Of a stretch of DNA of 64,000 bases, positions 10,886 to 20,855 are shown one piece after another. Position numbers and translations under genes: made by a program. The DNA comes from a virus (taxonomy: Duplodnaviria; Caudoviricetes), in IMG/VR virus record IMGVR_UViG_3300037602_000037. One strand, given 5' to 3'. The notes under the pieces were generated by a model that worked only from the letters and a program-made list of their open reading frames with translations, was not told where the DNA came from and searched no databases. Numbering within the stretch: the first letter of the stretch is position 1; each line of letters begins with the position of its first letter.

Positions 10886-11535
10886 AGACTACTACCTCCA
10901 CCAAAGGATCGTGCATTTAAGAAATCCGCTGTACCGTATACAAGTGATGTACGGAAAGTACATTCTACTTCTCCAGAAATAGGAAACCCGTCTTTATCAA
11001 GTTTAGTATCCAATGTTTCTGATGCGGCACTTATTATACAGTCTTCGAATATCATCATTCTTCCAATGCGAACAGTGACACCATATCCTTCTCTACCACC
11101 GAAAGCTCCTGTCAATCCACCTTTAGGACCAGGAGGATATAGTAACCCACCAGCCCCGTTAACTGGAAGAACCATCTGCATTAAGGCAGTTATTGGCCTA
11201 TATACATCTTCTAACCCTGAAGAATTGGCGTCAAATAATAACGTCAACGGTATTTCTAAAGGGGTAGTCCCCATCCACATTTGATATGACAAGGCTTGAG
11301 ACTGTGGGTTAGCACCAATACTAGAAGCTATAGCGCTTGCAGCACCACCTGTAACATTATCAAGTAAACCTGCCAATGTAGTAGGTAACGGGCTTTCCCA
11401 ATCTGATTGAACCCCTAGATTAGTAGTTTCGGGTAAATCCGCTAAAATATCAATACCATGACCGTTACATGATATTTGACATATATAGTTAGGGTTTGTA
11501 GCCTTAGCTCCATTAAGTAATCTATTTTTACCCAT
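10882..11535 (-). CDS. Tail tube initiator/baseplate protein (gp48/gpU-like)
   Basis: QMWMGTTPLEIPLTL...VRIGRMMIFEDCII...GFPISGEVECTF; synteny. Confidence 0.6.
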   Translation of the reverse strand: MGKNRLLNGAKATNPNYICQISCNGHGIDILADLPETTNLGVQSDWESPLPTTLAGLLDNVTGGAASAIASSIGANPQSQALSYQMWMGTTPLEIPLTLLFDANSSGLEDVYRPITALMQMVLPVNGAGGLLYPPGPKGGLTGAFGGREGYGVTVRIGRMMIFEDCIISAASETLDTKLDKDGFPISGEVECTFRTSLVYGTADFLNARSFGGGSSL

Positions 11536-11545
11536 ATCTTTTCCT

Positions 11546-14500
11546 TTAAGCCATAAATTGCGAATTAGCCATCAACATAGCTAACTCGTCAGTATGGGGA
11601 ATACCGCTAGGATTAGGAACAGTATCATTTGATTTATTGCTTTCACCGCTACTAGATCTGCCTTGAGCAACTGAGTTGGCTGGTTTCCTAGCGGGTGGTT
11701 CAAACGGCGAAGGCATACTTTGAACAGAAGATAAGGATGGAGCTTTAACACGATCTTGCCCGTATTCTCCCATTCCTTTACCTATTAACTTACCCACTTC
11801 CGTAGGCCTCATGTTAACAATGTTTTCTTTTAATCCAAGCCTATTTCCTACATTGGAACTTAACATCTGTTGAGCAGAAGATGTCTTTGTCTTAACCAAT
11901 CCCAAAGCTTTATCAGCAGTAAACCCAGGCTTATCCCTTTTATTGCTAATCATTTCATTATATGTTGGCATAGGTTTACGTTTAGGATCGCTAGTGTCCT
12001 CAACTTTTACTGGTTTTGTAGAAACTACGCGAGCAGGAACACCTACTTGTCCCTTCTTCCAAGCTTCCATGTTAAAGTCTTTGCGACCAGCACGGCCTTC
12101 TTCCATGGCCTTACTAATCCACGACTTTTCAGATCCCCAAGTTGCTTCCGAACCGTATCCGACATGTATGCGATGCTTTCCCATGTAAGATGCACCAGCA
12201 CCAACACCAGTAGCGCCCGCACGACTACTTTCTCTAATGAAATTTTCAAAGTATGGCCTATCGTCTGGGTTAGTAAAATCTAGCTTACGACCACCTTTCC
12301 AGAGGTCTATATCTCCTGCTCCCCCATTATCATGCCTAGTAGAACCAGTCCAACCCCCAGGCTTCTTATGCATAAGTGGATTACGAGAAGATGATTGTCC
12401 CCCGGAAGCTACAACTACCTTATCAATACCAGCTTGCTGTGCAGCGTAGTTATATACATCTTGTAGGGACTCCTGTAAATCTTTATTACGTATCTTGCCT
12501 TTGTTAGCCATAACAATGCGGTTTTCAAAACCTGATGGTCCTGAAGGAGTAATAGGTTTACCATTTCCTAAAGGTATACTATTAGGATCAAGAACACCAG
12601 AACTTATTAGACCAGCTGGAGTAGCTGCTCCTTTTTGTACGTCAGCTAAGTAAGCTTTACGCTTACCAATTTCCTTATTAGGATATTTAGGACGCTCAAA
12701 CTGACGAACATGGGCGGATAAAGCTTCTTCAGAAGTAGTAGCCGACGTTATAGCAGCGTTAGCACCTTTATGTGTACCAAGCATTTCTTGGCGATAAAAT
12801 TCTTGCTGTACTGATCTATCTCTCCAGTCTTTACCTTGTTTAGCTGCTAGAGCCTTCAATGCTCTAAGACGCGATCCTCGCCATTGAGCCGTACCACCTG
12901 ACGGTTTACCTAAATCATTAGGATTGTAAGCAGCAGGATCTAGGCTAGATCCACTTTCGCCTCTCATAGAGGCGATTTCACCTTTGGCCTGTTCATGGGT
13001 TCTACCAAGACCACCTTGGTCTAAAGGCTTAGTAAGAAACTCGTACCAACTCTTAACATTTTCGTTAGCGCCAGAACCAGTAAGTGAAGAAGTACCTTTA
13101 ACCTTTGTAGATACGTTTTTATAAGCTCCTATATCGGTAGAAGTGAAAGCATTACTAGGACCAGCAACTTCTGGCATATTGCCATTATAAGGACTTTTGC
13201 CAAATAATCCCGTATTAGTTCCTATCTGCCCCGCCGCAGTTGGGCTAACAGATTTTCCATCTTGCTGCGAGCCTCCAGTAGATTCATTAGGACTTCTATA
13301 AGAAGGATGATTCATAGGGTTACTGGGATCGTTAAATACGCTAGGTCCAGAACCACCATTCTTCACTTCTTCAGCACTGTCAGCATCGGCTCTATCAAGT
13401 CTATGATTTTTACGCCTATCTGAATTACCATCTTCAACAGCGCGAGTAGTTTCTGACGTGGTGTATGCAAGCACCTTAGTATTATTCTGCATAGCGCGGA
13501 ATACCCTGCGCATTCCAGCATCAAGTACACTTTCCCTTGCTTTAGACTGAGTAGACGAACTTGTACTACTCAAGTTTTGCATCATATTTTCTACTGTATC
13601 AGCTCCACGAGTGATACCTAAGTAGCCAGTAGTTACGTTGGTAGAAGGCGTAATAGCCCCGCCAGCTTCCTGACTTTTCCTATAGGCTTCTTTGCGCATA
13701 GCATCCAAATAACGAGGGCTATTCACATCAGCATCAAAATTGTCAGCTGCCTCTTCAAAGGACGTAGTACTACTTCTATTTCTGTTACCACGCCCAGGAA
13801 GAGTTTCAGTGAAAGGTCGCTTACCAGAAGGTTTGCTATTATCTTCGCCAGTAATCCAGTTAAACAAATCTTTTGCATGTCCTAAAGGCGACTTCATAGT
13901 CGATTGTCCTTTAGTTATTTCTTCCATTCTTTCTATATTGAGCAATGCTCTCTCAGCCGACCTAGTAGAAAGGGATTTGCCAGTGAAATACTCTGGAGCT
14001 CCGAATAGTATTGAGTCAATAGCCCCCGCTATACCCGCATCTACTTTTTGTGTAGTACTAAGTTTGTTGCCACTGTCTATTTTATTAGCATTTTGATAGC
14101 CTGTGTAACCCCCATAGGCTCCAATAATAGGGGTTGCAACTTTACCTATAAGTTTTAGACCGCCTTTCACGCCGCCCTTTATAAGCTTATCAAAACCTAT
14201 TGTACTTAATAGCTTACCTGCTCCTGACATGCTACTTTTAAACAATAAGGATACTGAAGCAGCCAGACCTTTAATACTATTAAGAATAGTTGTAGACATA
14301 TTAGCAACATGTCCACCGGCTTTTGTAACAACTGTTGAGGTTGAGCGAGTTACTATTTTGCCTGTATTAACAAACATATTCCGCAAGGAACCTGACAGGT
14401 TACTAGCAAATTGTTTGGTGCTACTTAAAGTGTTAGAAAATAGCTTATTTTTTATGCTATTAGCGGAAGTTGCTAACTTACCGATTTTACCTTTAGAAAA

Positions 14501-14770
14501 TACTTGCTTTAAAGCGTCATGACCAAGCTTTAGACCAATTATATCCGCAATACCAAGGCCACCACTACCCGCGCTTGAGTAAATTGCAGCCTTGATATCA
14601 CGTAATAGTTCAATTTGGTCTTCAGAATTCTCTAGAAGCTCTTTATTACTATCTATGACATTGACCTGGTATTCTTCCTCGTTTTTCATACGAGTTTTTT
14701 CTTCGCGATCTGAAACAATAGACCGCATACCAAATAGGCTTTTCATTTTATCGCTATACAGGTCAGCCAT
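11546..14770 (-). CDS. Tape measure protein with tail lysozyme domain and M15/LAS-like peptidase domain
   Basis: Helical G/A/S/K-rich N-half; GEIASMRGESG...AQW.G.R...FERP (phage tail lysozyme); RHDNGGAGD...IHVG (HxxxxxxD...H). Confidence 0.75.
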   Translation of the reverse strand: MADLYSDKMKSLFGMRSIVSDREEKTRMKNEEEYQVNVIDSNKELLENSEDQIELLRDIKAAIYSSAGSGGLGIADIIGLKLGHDALKQVFSKGKIGKLATSANSIKNKLFSNTLSSTKQFASNLSGSLRNMFVNTGKIVTRSTSTVVTKAGGHVANMSTTILNSIKGLAASVSLLFKSSMSGAGKLLSTIGFDKLIKGGVKGGLKLIGKVATPIIGAYGGYTGYQNANKIDSGNKLSTTQKVDAGIAGAIDSILFGAPEYFTGKSLSTRSAERALLNIERMEEITKGQSTMKSPLGHAKDLFNWITGEDNSKPSGKRPFTETLPGRGNRNRSSTTSFEEAADNFDADVNSPRYLDAMRKEAYRKSQEAGGAITPSTNVTTGYLGITRGADTVENMMQNLSSTSSSTQSKARESVLDAGMRRVFRAMQNNTKVLAYTTSETTRAVEDGNSDRRKNHRLDRADADSAEEVKNGGSGPSVFNDPSNPMNHPSYRSPNESTGGSQQDGKSVSPTAAGQIGTNTGLFGKSPYNGNMPEVAGPSNAFTSTDIGAYKNVSTKVKGTSSLTGSGANENVKSWYEFLTKPLDQGGLGRTHEQAKGEIASMRGESGSSLDPAAYNPNDLGKPSGGTAQWRGSRLRALKALAAKQGKDWRDRSVQQEFYRQEMLGTHKGANAAITSATTSEEALSAHVRQFERPKYPNKEIGKRKAYLADVQKGAATPAGLISSGVLDPNSIPLGNGKPITPSGPSGFENRIVMANKGKIRNKDLQESLQDVYNYAAQQAGIDKVVVASGGQSSSRNPLMHKKPGGWTGSTRHDNGGAGDIDLWKGGRKLDFTNPDDRPYFENFIRESSRAGATGVGAGASYMGKHRIHVGYGSEATWGSEKSWISKAMEEGRAGRKDFNMEAWKKGQVGVPARVVSTKPVKVEDTSDPKRKPMPTYNEMISNKRDKPGFTADKALGLVKTKTSSAQQMLSSNVGNRLGLKENIVNMRPTEVGKLIGKGMGEYGQDRVKAPSLSSVQSMPSPFEPPARKPANSVAQGRSSSGESNKSNDTVPNPSGIPHTDELAMLMANSQFMA

Positions 14771-14784
14771 TTATTTATCATCCA

Positions 14785-15003
14785 TTACCGGTTGTTATTT
14801 GCTGTTACTTTTATCAAGACGTTCAACGCTCTAACTATAACGTCTAGGGAAGCAATATACTTCTTAGGATAAGGATCCATACCATCTTCTTGTCTTGATT
14901 CCTTCACTAACCTTTGGTGGTTATGAAAGAATTGAATAGTAGGTGTTTCATCTGTAATATGTATACCATGGTATTTACATAAGTCATACTGTACATCCAT
15001 CAA
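14785..15003 (-). CDS. Tail assembly chaperone C-terminal partner (gpT/gp51-like), possibly expressed by frameshift
   Basis: Small ORF between chaperone and tape measure; no SD; frame stays open back into the upstream gene. Confidence 0.5.
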   Translation of the reverse strand: MMDVQYDLCKYHGIHITDETPTIQFFHNHQRLVKESRQEDGMDPYPKKYIASLDVIVRALNVLIKVTANNNR

Positions 15004-15013
15004 GAAGTTAGGA

Positions 15014-16147
15014 TCAAACAGCGGGAAAGAAAGAGGTGGCAGTAATAGCTACTGGCACCACCTCCGGTGTAGGAGTTACTTTTTCACCCTTATTAAGTGA
15101 TTCTTCTATATTATCAGCTTCCTCGAATAGAGCTTTGACTAACGAAGCCATTCTGATGAGCATCAAATTATCTTCAGTATCACTATTGTCTACTTCTTCC
15201 TCGCTACCTTCATTATTAGCTTTTTCCATAAGGGATACAGTTTCTGCTAGTTCCCTAGCTTCCTTACGGAAGTATTCAATTGCTTTTTGTGGATCAAAGG
15301 AAGTATCAACTATTTCAAGAGTTTCTACTAGACCGTGGTTTATATGCTTTTTAAATTCTACTATATCTTCATATAAAGCTAAACCACCACGGTTTAGCGC
15401 TTCTATTTTCTTTTCCACGTAAGACATTTCATCATTATCTACCAAGTCTTCAGGAATAGGCACAAATTGTGCTTGCTCAAGCAACCACTTCCTATCTTCC
15501 GGAAAATCATCGGAGTTTTCTATTAACTCCGCGTCCCTCATAGTAGGGAAGCATATACCTTTTTCTTTCCATCCATTAAATTCTTTTTGTGTCATGTTCA
15601 ACTCGTTAATTTCCAAGTTGGACATACGAATTTCAACATCAATAGTGTTACCATACCTAGTGGTGTACTGGAACTTATGAGGATACTTCTTATAAGAGTT
15701 TTCACGCAGCCAGAACAAGTAAAATTCGAAATCTGTTGGTGTAAGGTTACGCACATCAACATTAATATAAGGATCTACAGCATCAAGCAGTATGCTAATA
15801 GATTCACTTTTATTAGCCGCATGTATCATCGATAAAGCGGCTATGTCTAAAGGCTTAACAAATATCTCTTTGGTATCATATGGAACCATAAGAGAAGGTA
15901 AATTCTGCCTAATCCAACCCTTTCCTGGCGACGACGAAGAATTAACCATAGGGTCTTCAACTTCAGAAGTTTCCCTCCTTTTAATAGTTACTTCGTCATC
16001 TTTGATAGTATCATGTCTTTCTTGAGCAGGAGACTTTCTAGCCTTTTGAATTTCTTCTTGTATTGACTCATCAAATTTGAAAGGTTTAGCAGCTTTACTA
16101 CTTCCAAATACATCAACTTCTCCGCTTCGTATTTCTCTGGTTTTCAT
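15014..16147 (-). CDS. Tail assembly chaperone/baseplate hub assembly protein (gp26-like)
   Basis: LPS..VPY...VKPL, LT.TDFEF.LFWLRENSY, FPTMRD motifs; ends ...SFFPAV. Confidence 0.7.
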   Translation of the reverse strand: MKTREIRSGEVDVFGSSKAAKPFKFDESIQEEIQKARKSPAQERHDTIKDDEVTIKRRETSEVEDPMVNSSSSPGKGWIRQNLPSLMVPYDTKEIFVKPLDIAALSMIHAANKSESISILLDAVDPYINVDVRNLTPTDFEFYLFWLRENSYKKYPHKFQYTTRYGNTIDVEIRMSNLEINELNMTQKEFNGWKEKGICFPTMRDAELIENSDDFPEDRKWLLEQAQFVPIPEDLVDNDEMSYVEKKIEALNRGGLALYEDIVEFKKHINHGLVETLEIVDTSFDPQKAIEYFRKEARELAETVSLMEKANNEGSEEEVDNSDTEDNLMLIRMASLVKALFEEADNIEESLNKGEKVTPTPEVVPVAITATSFFPAV

Positions 16148-16177
16148 TTTACTTTTCCTTTGTATTGTTGTTCCGTT

Positions 16178-16669
16178 TTATAAGCTAAATTCAAGTGTGT
16201 CAACACTGAATTGCTGGTTTACTTGTACCCTGCCAGATGAATCCTCATATGAATATGACGTTGCCCCAGTGGCAGCAGGCCAACAATTTTGGTAAGCTAA
16301 CTGCATTATAGGTTTATTAGTTTTCAAGTTATATAGTTCAACGTATATTCTCTTTTTATAATCATTGGCTACCCCGTAAGAACCATCTAGCGGGTTAAAT
16401 ACCTTTTCTTTCCATTCTTTAAGCCACTTAGTAACGGAATACTTATCATCTTCATAGAACATGATGTTAAGGCTTTCGATGTCAGTAGTATCAGCAAAGT
16501 AGTTATTACTACCCTGACTACGTCTACCTTTAGCCTCAGTATTTATATACGTAGCTTCAATGGTTTCTACTATTCCCTTATAAGGGCCAGGTTGACCATC
16601 AAACAAAGTAATCCACCGGAATAAAGGAGCGGGTGGTGGAAGATTTAATACATCGGTTCTAGTAAGCAT
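16178..16669 (-). CDS. Tail tube-like protein (gp19/gp54 family paralog)
   Basis: FYED...WLKEW...YG...YKK.I...NCWP...F.VD pattern. Confidence 0.7.
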   Translation of the reverse strand: MLTRTDVLNLPPPAPLFRWITLFDGQPGPYKGIVETIEATYINTEAKGRRSQGSNNYFADTTDIESLNIMFYEDDKYSVTKWLKEWKEKVFNPLDGSYGVANDYKKRIYVELYNLKTNKPIMQLAYQNCWPAATGATSYSYEDSSGRVQVNQQFSVDTLEFSL

Positions 16670-17165
16670 TTTTTAAGTCCAATCCGTCGCAACTAAACTG
16701 AACAGTGAAAGCATACGGTCCCGGCGTCTCTCCCAATTCAGCGGGTTCCTTTGCAATAGGATAAGCATTTAGTAGAGTATACGTTAAAGCTGCTTTACCC
16801 GTTGTATCATATATAAATACTGGCATGTCAACAGCGTAGTTTAATTTACTTACTGACACACCAGAATCTGAATCTCGTACTAACTTCATCCAATTGTAAA
16901 TAGATAGAGAAACACCACCAGTAACTATTTCATGGAAATTAACTGAGAACTGGTTATCGAACTCTAATGATCCAGCGTGGGCTACACTGTGGCCAAATAA
17001 TTTTACTACTGTATGACCAACACCAACTGTTGGTAAAGATGAAGACTCGTACAATTTACTCAACAAGTCCCCATTTACTCCCGGTAAAGATGGGAATATT
17101 ATCTTATGCCTATCACCGGATAATATATCCGGTAAACTGTTTAGTTCATTAAAGAATACAGGCAT
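16659..17165 (-). CDS. Tail tube-like protein (paralog)
   Basis: NSLPD N-terminus shared with 17251-17775; IYDTTG...NAYP...VQFSCD. Confidence 0.7.
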   Translation of the reverse strand: MPVFFNELNSLPDILSGDRHKIIFPSLPGVNGDLLSKLYESSSLPTVGVGHTVVKLFGHSVAHAGSLEFDNQFSVNFHEIVTGGVSLSIYNWMKLVRDSDSGVSVSKLNYAVDMPVFIYDTTGKAALTYTLLNAYPIAKEPAELGETPGPYAFTVQFSCDGLDLKNAY

Positions 17166-17185
17166 TTTTATACCTTAAATAGAAA

Positions 17186-17221
17186 AAGGGTTCGCGAAAG
17201 AATTAACAATCGCGAACCCTT
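17186..17221 (-). terminator. Rho-independent terminator after major tube gene
   Basis: AAGGGTTCGCGA/TCGCGAACCCTT 12-bp stem, T-run on minus strand. Confidence 0.8.
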
Positions 17222-17250
17222 GGTTATCCAAATGGTATAGGTTATAGAAA

Positions 17251-17775
17251 TTAAAGTACAGGGATTCCACCTACTAACATTCTATCGAAGGAGAATGTTG
17301 CAGATAGTTCCATACCTTGCGATGACTGACCATCAAGCTGTACATCGCCAACTTCTTGTGGGAAGAAGTTTTCCATTTTAAATGTACCGGCCACAGAACC
17401 AGTTACATCGTACACTAGCAAAGTAGCATCAATTGAATACTGATTTTTGTATCCCGATGAGCTACCACTTTCTGTACCAACTATATACTCATCCCAAGCT
17501 TTTAAGGCTATGTAGTTACGTAAGTCAGCAACTTCACGATACGTAACGGCTAGCGTGCGGGTATACATTTTTCGACCACGGAATTTGGTAACATGTCCGT
17601 GTAGATTGTTTTCCCAAACCTCGTTTTGAAATCCAGGAATACTAGCTGTTAAACAAGATAACGTGAGATCAAAAGATGACCCGGCGTTAGGCAAGTTGCC
17701 AAGTAATAGCTCAAAAGCCGATGTATCAATAGCATCAGGAAGGCTATTAACTTGGTTAAAAGTTATACGTCCCAT
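17251..17775 (-). CDS. Major tail tube protein (gp19-like)
   Basis: Directly follows sheath; ASIPG...FRGR...W...VYDVTG...NFFP...TFSFD. Confidence 0.85.
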   Translation of the reverse strand: MGRITFNQVNSLPDAIDTSAFELLLGNLPNAGSSFDLTLSCLTASIPGFQNEVWENNLHGHVTKFRGRKMYTRTLAVTYREVADLRNYIALKAWDEYIVGTESGSSSGYKNQYSIDATLLVYDVTGSVAGTFKMENFFPQEVGDVQLDGQSSQGMELSATFSFDRMLVGGIPVL

Positions 17776-17796
17776 AGTATAGGTTTCCTTCCACTA

Positions 17797-20070
17797 TTAG
17801 GCGAAATTCGCGGTTTCATCAATAATTTCTTCGAACGCAGCACCAGTACGTACCAGATAACCACGAACAAGGATGCCTTTAACCACTCGCGTGATTTTCA
17901 AGTATACATAGTAGTGTAACTGATCCGCATCGATAACTTCAGGCGGGTTATTATCATCATCGCACTTAATACGATAATCATAAAGTCCACCTGTACCATC
18001 CCTACGAGTCATAGGCTTCAACAAGGTCTCACCAACTTGTATCGCGTTGTTACGTGTATACGCGGTATGGGGTTCAAACAATGTGTAATCGAGACTATCA
18101 ACAAGACCAGTCTTGATGATGTTAAGAATACGACGAGCATGAACCGAAGAAAGAATAGTTTTCTTCACCTGCAGAGTTTCTTCTGCCATAACCACAGGAC
18201 CGTTAATAGGTCGATCCTCGATGTAGTTAAGACCAACACCATATAGAAGTTCTTGCTCAGACGGAGTATACTTATGGCGAAGACCAATAGCGTACTTAAC
18301 ACCGCCACGGTTAAGACCAGCAGGCGCTCCAATATTGTTAGTAAGCCTGTCAGAATAGGAGTAAGTAGCTCCAATAGGACCAGACGGCGGAATGTACCTA
18401 TGCTCACCAGTATTGATATCCGCTATAAGAACATCAGGTGTATACATAGCAACGTAGGAGCTATCGATATCAAGCTCGTTAACTCGATACTCACGTAAAG
18501 TCTGCGCTTTCTGCTTATCAGAAGGTGCATCAAGAATAGCCAAGCAGTCAGAACGACGTTCAGCTACGCCAGCCATTTCCTTTTGAACTTCAATAGCGGT
18601 ATAACCACCGTTCAGAAGGATATCAACCGGGTAGTTAACGCGGTCTTCAATAGATAACCATCCCTGCCTAATCTGGGCAGAAGTACACGCAATACCGTCA
18701 TCCCCGCCACCAAGCCAAGTAATAAGGCTAGGAGCAGATACTGGGTTACCATCCGCTTTGTATACGGACAAGGAGGAAGTATCATAAGACTCAGGGCTTT
18801 GTGTAACACGCAATTCTACTGATTGGGTAGAACCCATGTTAATGCGCTGACTTATATTCTCCGAGTAACCAAGAGAGTTAAGCTGACGAGGGAAAGCCAC
18901 TGTGTAAGTATCAATAGGTAGATTAACGTTTGACCTATCAAACACTTCAAGACGGAATGAATTGTCAGCCGCGTTACCACGTAGTGTCTTAGCTAATGAT
19001 ACTGCAACTTGGCTATCTCCGAGAGTAACCGCCGCATCAGAAATAGTAGTAACACCATCACCTGGACGGTTAACAACTATTTCAATAGTACGGTCATTAT
19101 CAGCTCCGCCTGTAACAGAAACAACGGAAGCGGAGAATATGTCATCGTTTGCTTCAAGAGCGGTAGCCAAGGCTGCTAAAGTAGTATCAGAGTCAGTATC
19201 AAAAGTAGCTGATACAGCAGTCTCATTTACGTTCACAGATATTACGTTGCTAGTTACCAAAGCACCAGCAATAGTAAGAGTCCAGCGTTCACGAACACCA
19301 GTATCAATATTACTGATTTTAATACCGATATCGTTAGCCCACTTACCAGGGTTTTCTGCGAAAACATCGGCAAAGCGATTGTCTTCATGCATAACCGCTA
19401 CACCGGTGCCATCAAGTGCAAGGTTAGTAAAACTAATCTGGAAAGAACTAGGAATACGTATCAGTATTAGTTTGTTATTCCCAGATGATTCAGATTTAAC
19501 TTTGACACTAGAACCAGTACCGAAGGTGTTAAGTGCATTCTGTATAGCGATAGCAATGTTTGCTAATGTATCATTAACGCTAGTAGCATACGTTACAGTA
19601 GTTATAGACTGTGTAGAGTCACCATCAGTAACGTCTATGTCGAAAGTGTCATCAGCTACCATGTCTTCCGTGAACGACAACACGAAGAACTGACTAAGCC
19701 CTCCTTCATAGTCATTGTACGAAAAACTATCCGGAAATGGATCAATCATTAATCGATCATTGTCGGAGTCCAAGAAGATAGTAGCACCAGCATACATAGC
19801 CTTATTAACAGTACGCGTAATAAGAACGGTGCTAGTTTCTTTCATAGTAGCTTCAACGGTATCATAAGCAAAGCTGATAGTAGGATCAGCCTTACTACCA
19901 TACATACGCTTAAAATTTTCGATAAGCCCATTAGTATAAGTGGGCTTTAACGGCCCTCTTTCAAACTCACCAACTACAGCATGACGATTGCCAATTTGGA
20001 CGTAAGCCTGCTGCGTTAAATCAATAGTTTGAAACTTTGTACTAGGGCGCAAGAAAACGGGTAGAGTCAT
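17797..20070 (-). CDS. Tail sheath protein with insertion domains
   Basis: VGEFERGP, AENPGKWAN, LGGGDDG, AILDAP, PPSG, APAGLNRG, VHARR, CDDDNNPPEVID. Confidence 0.95.
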   Translation of the reverse strand: MTLPVFLRPSTKFQTIDLTQQAYVQIGNRHAVVGEFERGPLKPTYTNGLIENFKRMYGSKADPTISFAYDTVEATMKETSTVLITRTVNKAMYAGATIFLDSDNDRLMIDPFPDSFSYNDYEGGLSQFFVLSFTEDMVADDTFDIDVTDGDSTQSITTVTYATSVNDTLANIAIAIQNALNTFGTGSSVKVKSESSGNNKLILIRIPSSFQISFTNLALDGTGVAVMHEDNRFADVFAENPGKWANDIGIKISNIDTGVRERWTLTIAGALVTSNVISVNVNETAVSATFDTDSDTTLAALATALEANDDIFSASVVSVTGGADNDRTIEIVVNRPGDGVTTISDAAVTLGDSQVAVSLAKTLRGNAADNSFRLEVFDRSNVNLPIDTYTVAFPRQLNSLGYSENISQRINMGSTQSVELRVTQSPESYDTSSLSVYKADGNPVSAPSLITWLGGGDDGIACTSAQIRQGWLSIEDRVNYPVDILLNGGYTAIEVQKEMAGVAERRSDCLAILDAPSDKQKAQTLREYRVNELDIDSSYVAMYTPDVLIADINTGEHRYIPPSGPIGATYSYSDRLTNNIGAPAGLNRGGVKYAIGLRHKYTPSEQELLYGVGLNYIEDRPINGPVVMAEETLQVKKTILSSVHARRILNIIKTGLVDSLDYTLFEPHTAYTRNNAIQVGETLLKPMTRRDGTGGLYDYRIKCDDDNNPPEVIDADQLHYYVYLKITRVVKGILVRGYLVRTGAAFEEIIDETANFA

Positions 20071-20094
20071 TTTTTTAGCCTTTAATAGTAACAG

Positions 20095-20484
20095 TTACGA
20101 TTTCTTTGAACCAGAAGAACTCCCGGAGCTAGACGACGACCCGCTTCCACTTCCAGAACCGGATGAACCAGAACCAGATGATCCACTTCCAGAACCGGAC
20201 GATCCACTTCCACTAGCGGGTGCCGTAGCTTTCTTTTCTTTAGTGCCTGTAGGAAGTACCCCAGCCATTTGGTAATCTTCTGTAGAAGGGCTTACGGGAC
20301 GGAATATGTTCATATTAGGTACTTGAATCAAGTTGGCGGATTCAACACGAATTGTAGTATTCGCCGGAACCTGAACAGAGTCATCGCCCGCCAACTTTAT
20401 AATTTGTGGTACATTAGTTCGGTTCTTAATCCTAAAAATAGGAAATTCTTTTTTCAATTCCTCGAAAGGATTTTTCTTTGGCAT
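20095..20484 (-). CDS. Hypothetical virion-associated protein with Gly/Ser tail
   Basis: Start moved to ATG 20484 (GGAG SD upstream); C-terminal SGSGSS repeats. Confidence 0.6.
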   Translation of the reverse strand: MPKKNPFEELKKEFPIFRIKNRTNVPQIIKLAGDDSVQVPANTTIRVESANLIQVPNMNIFRPVSPSTEDYQMAGVLPTGTKEKKATAPASGSGSSGSGSGSSGSGSSGSGSGSGSSSSSGSSSGSKKS

Positions 20485-20495
20485 TTTTAACTCCA

Positions 20496-20855
20496 TTAGG
20501 CTGTGACGTAGGAAATAGAACTGGGTAATTGGATAGGATTATCCGATGGGTTGGATATAACAATCCCTACAGTATCTTCGCTACTAAAAGGAATTAATAA
20601 ACAACCTAAAACGTTTAATGTGATAGTATTAGACCCAACAGTAATTGCTACATTACAAGCAGCATCCTCAATTACTAAAGCAAATAGTCTAATGCCTTCC
20701 ACATTTCCAACTGTATGAGATTCGTCTCTCTCAAGTTGTATATCAATGTTTGCAATTTCATTGGCCTCTTCAACAAAGGAAGCTGCTTTCAAGATATCCT
20801 GCCTGTTCCGCCTTTGAGTTTTAGACGTACTAAAACCGTAATTTAAAGTAACCAT
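20496..20855 (-). CDS. Hypothetical structural protein
   Basis: Tightly packed ORF in the structural operon. Confidence 0.6.
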   Translation of the reverse strand: MVTLNYGFSTSKTQRRNRQDILKAASFVEEANEIANIDIQLERDESHTVGNVEGIRLFALVIEDAACNVAITVGSNTITLNVLGCLLIPFSSEDTVGIVISNPSDNPIQLPSSISYVTA

